Part shown: in pieces, positions 35,577 to 36,431 of the stretch
Layout of the letters: each line of letters starts with the position of its first letter
Position numbering within the stretch: the first letter of the stretch is position 1
Program-made: the position numbers and the translations under genes
The notes under the pieces: model-generated
Seen by the model: only the letters and a program-made list of their open reading frames with translations
The model's database searches: none
Told to the model about the DNA's origin: nothing
NCBI GenBank assembly: GCA_039679675.1
Contig: JBDKUN010000016.1
Span: 1 to 36,431 of the forward strand
Origin: Armatimonadota bacterium
GTDB lineage: Bacteria > Armatimonadota > UBA5829 > DTLH01
DNA length: 36,431 bases
Reading direction: 5' to 3'

Positions 35577-36058
35577 GACAGGTGCGTTTCTTGGATAGCA
35601 TTTGGCACGTGTTTCCCCAATATGTTGATTGCATATTCAATATCTGGTGCGCTACCTGATATTACGATTGCCTTTACTTGCCCGCCTTGCAATTTGTTTG
35701 CTATTGGAGAACGGCTCGGTTTAATAGCAATTATACTGATACTTTTTATACATTGGTCAACGCGGTTTCGAGAGACCCGAATGCGGCTTATCTCTCCCCA
35801 GCCTATGTAAGTCTTCCCAATCGGGCGGGTTACACACAAACCGTCCTCGGACACAAATAGATATCGCCGCCATATTTCCGACGCACCAATCCAGAACAGC
35901 TCTGCGGCGAATAAGAGGCCTAGCGCACCACATGCCCACCACTTCGTGATTAGAAATCCCACAGCTGTTGCACAGGCGACTACCACGCTGAGCACTATAC
36001 CTAACCACCCTAGCCGTTCTGATATATTGAGAACTATGCGATCTTCAATAGCGCTCAT
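35573..36058 (-). CDS. Membrane protein with two TM helices and a bacterial PH-like domain
   Basis: Two hydrophobic segments followed by LFVSEDGLCV...IGWGEISRI. Confidence 0.7.
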   Translation of the reverse strand: MSAIEDRIVLNISERLGWLGIVLSVVVACATAVGFLITKWWACGALGLLFAAELFWIGASEIWRRYLFVSEDGLCVTRPIGKTYIGWGEISRIRVSRNRVDQCIKSISIIAIKPSRSPIANKLQGGQVKAIVISGSAPDIEYAINILGKHVPNAIQETHLS

Positions 36059-36431
36059 AATGTCCGTGTCCTTAGGCCCAGATGTCCTCCACGTAGGACG
36101 GCCACTACACCAGTTTTCCTATGCTTCAGGATCTTTTTTATCCACCCCGTGAACCTGCGTCAAGATTGGAGGAAGAATTGAGGGTTTGAGGATCTGGGAT
36201 TTAGGAAATGGCGGAAGTGTCATATGCTTCCCTATAGAAATGGCGTCAAGTACCCCCTGCGTCTATATGTATAATAGTTGCAGTTTGAGCGAATTCCCTA
36301 TTGACGCTTTGTATGCGCAGCTTATCCTCGCGTCTTTGGAGCCTCTCAATTCGGGACTGGACCATCATATGGTCAGAAGCATAGGAGGAGAGTGCCCCAA
36401 TCCTTGATTATAGTGCGCATTATCCGCATTG

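Noticed and set aside
36059..36431. Possible toxin gene upstream of the 161-aa membrane protein
   Set aside because: All three minus-strand frames contain multiple stops and no recognisable domain.

Overview
Bacterial chromosomal window. Armatimonadota is a plausible source (inference from PEP-CTERM proteins, a pilin-like gene and the C-terminal module of the 1485-aa secreted protein). The backbone carries a GH36-like glycosidase, a solo LuxR, an orphan mraZ operon, an AAC(3)-family acetyltransferase, an SLH-bearing FAD oxidoreductase, a tricorn-like S41 protease, msrB, typA/bipA, a YwbE-family protein, a flavin reductase and an ABC-F ATPase. AT-richer accessory DNA and several families of small palindromic repeats are interleaved with it. 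The main observation is a composite REP/MITE-like element present twice. The copy at about 28193-28411 is empty, with 22 nt between its arms. In the other copy (14438-18288) the same two arms enclose a 3663-bp fragment broken at both ends, containing an IS256 remnant, an Rhs tip with a lytic-transglycosylase toxin, a candidate immunity gene, a DUF1573 gene and a truncated gene. A second palindrome family brackets the 1485-aa surface-protein gene. Also present are three unannotated structured-RNA candidates, an IS200 end that interrupts a secreted-protein gene, and a mosaic tandem gene duplication. No CRISPR array, tRNA or rRNA was seen.
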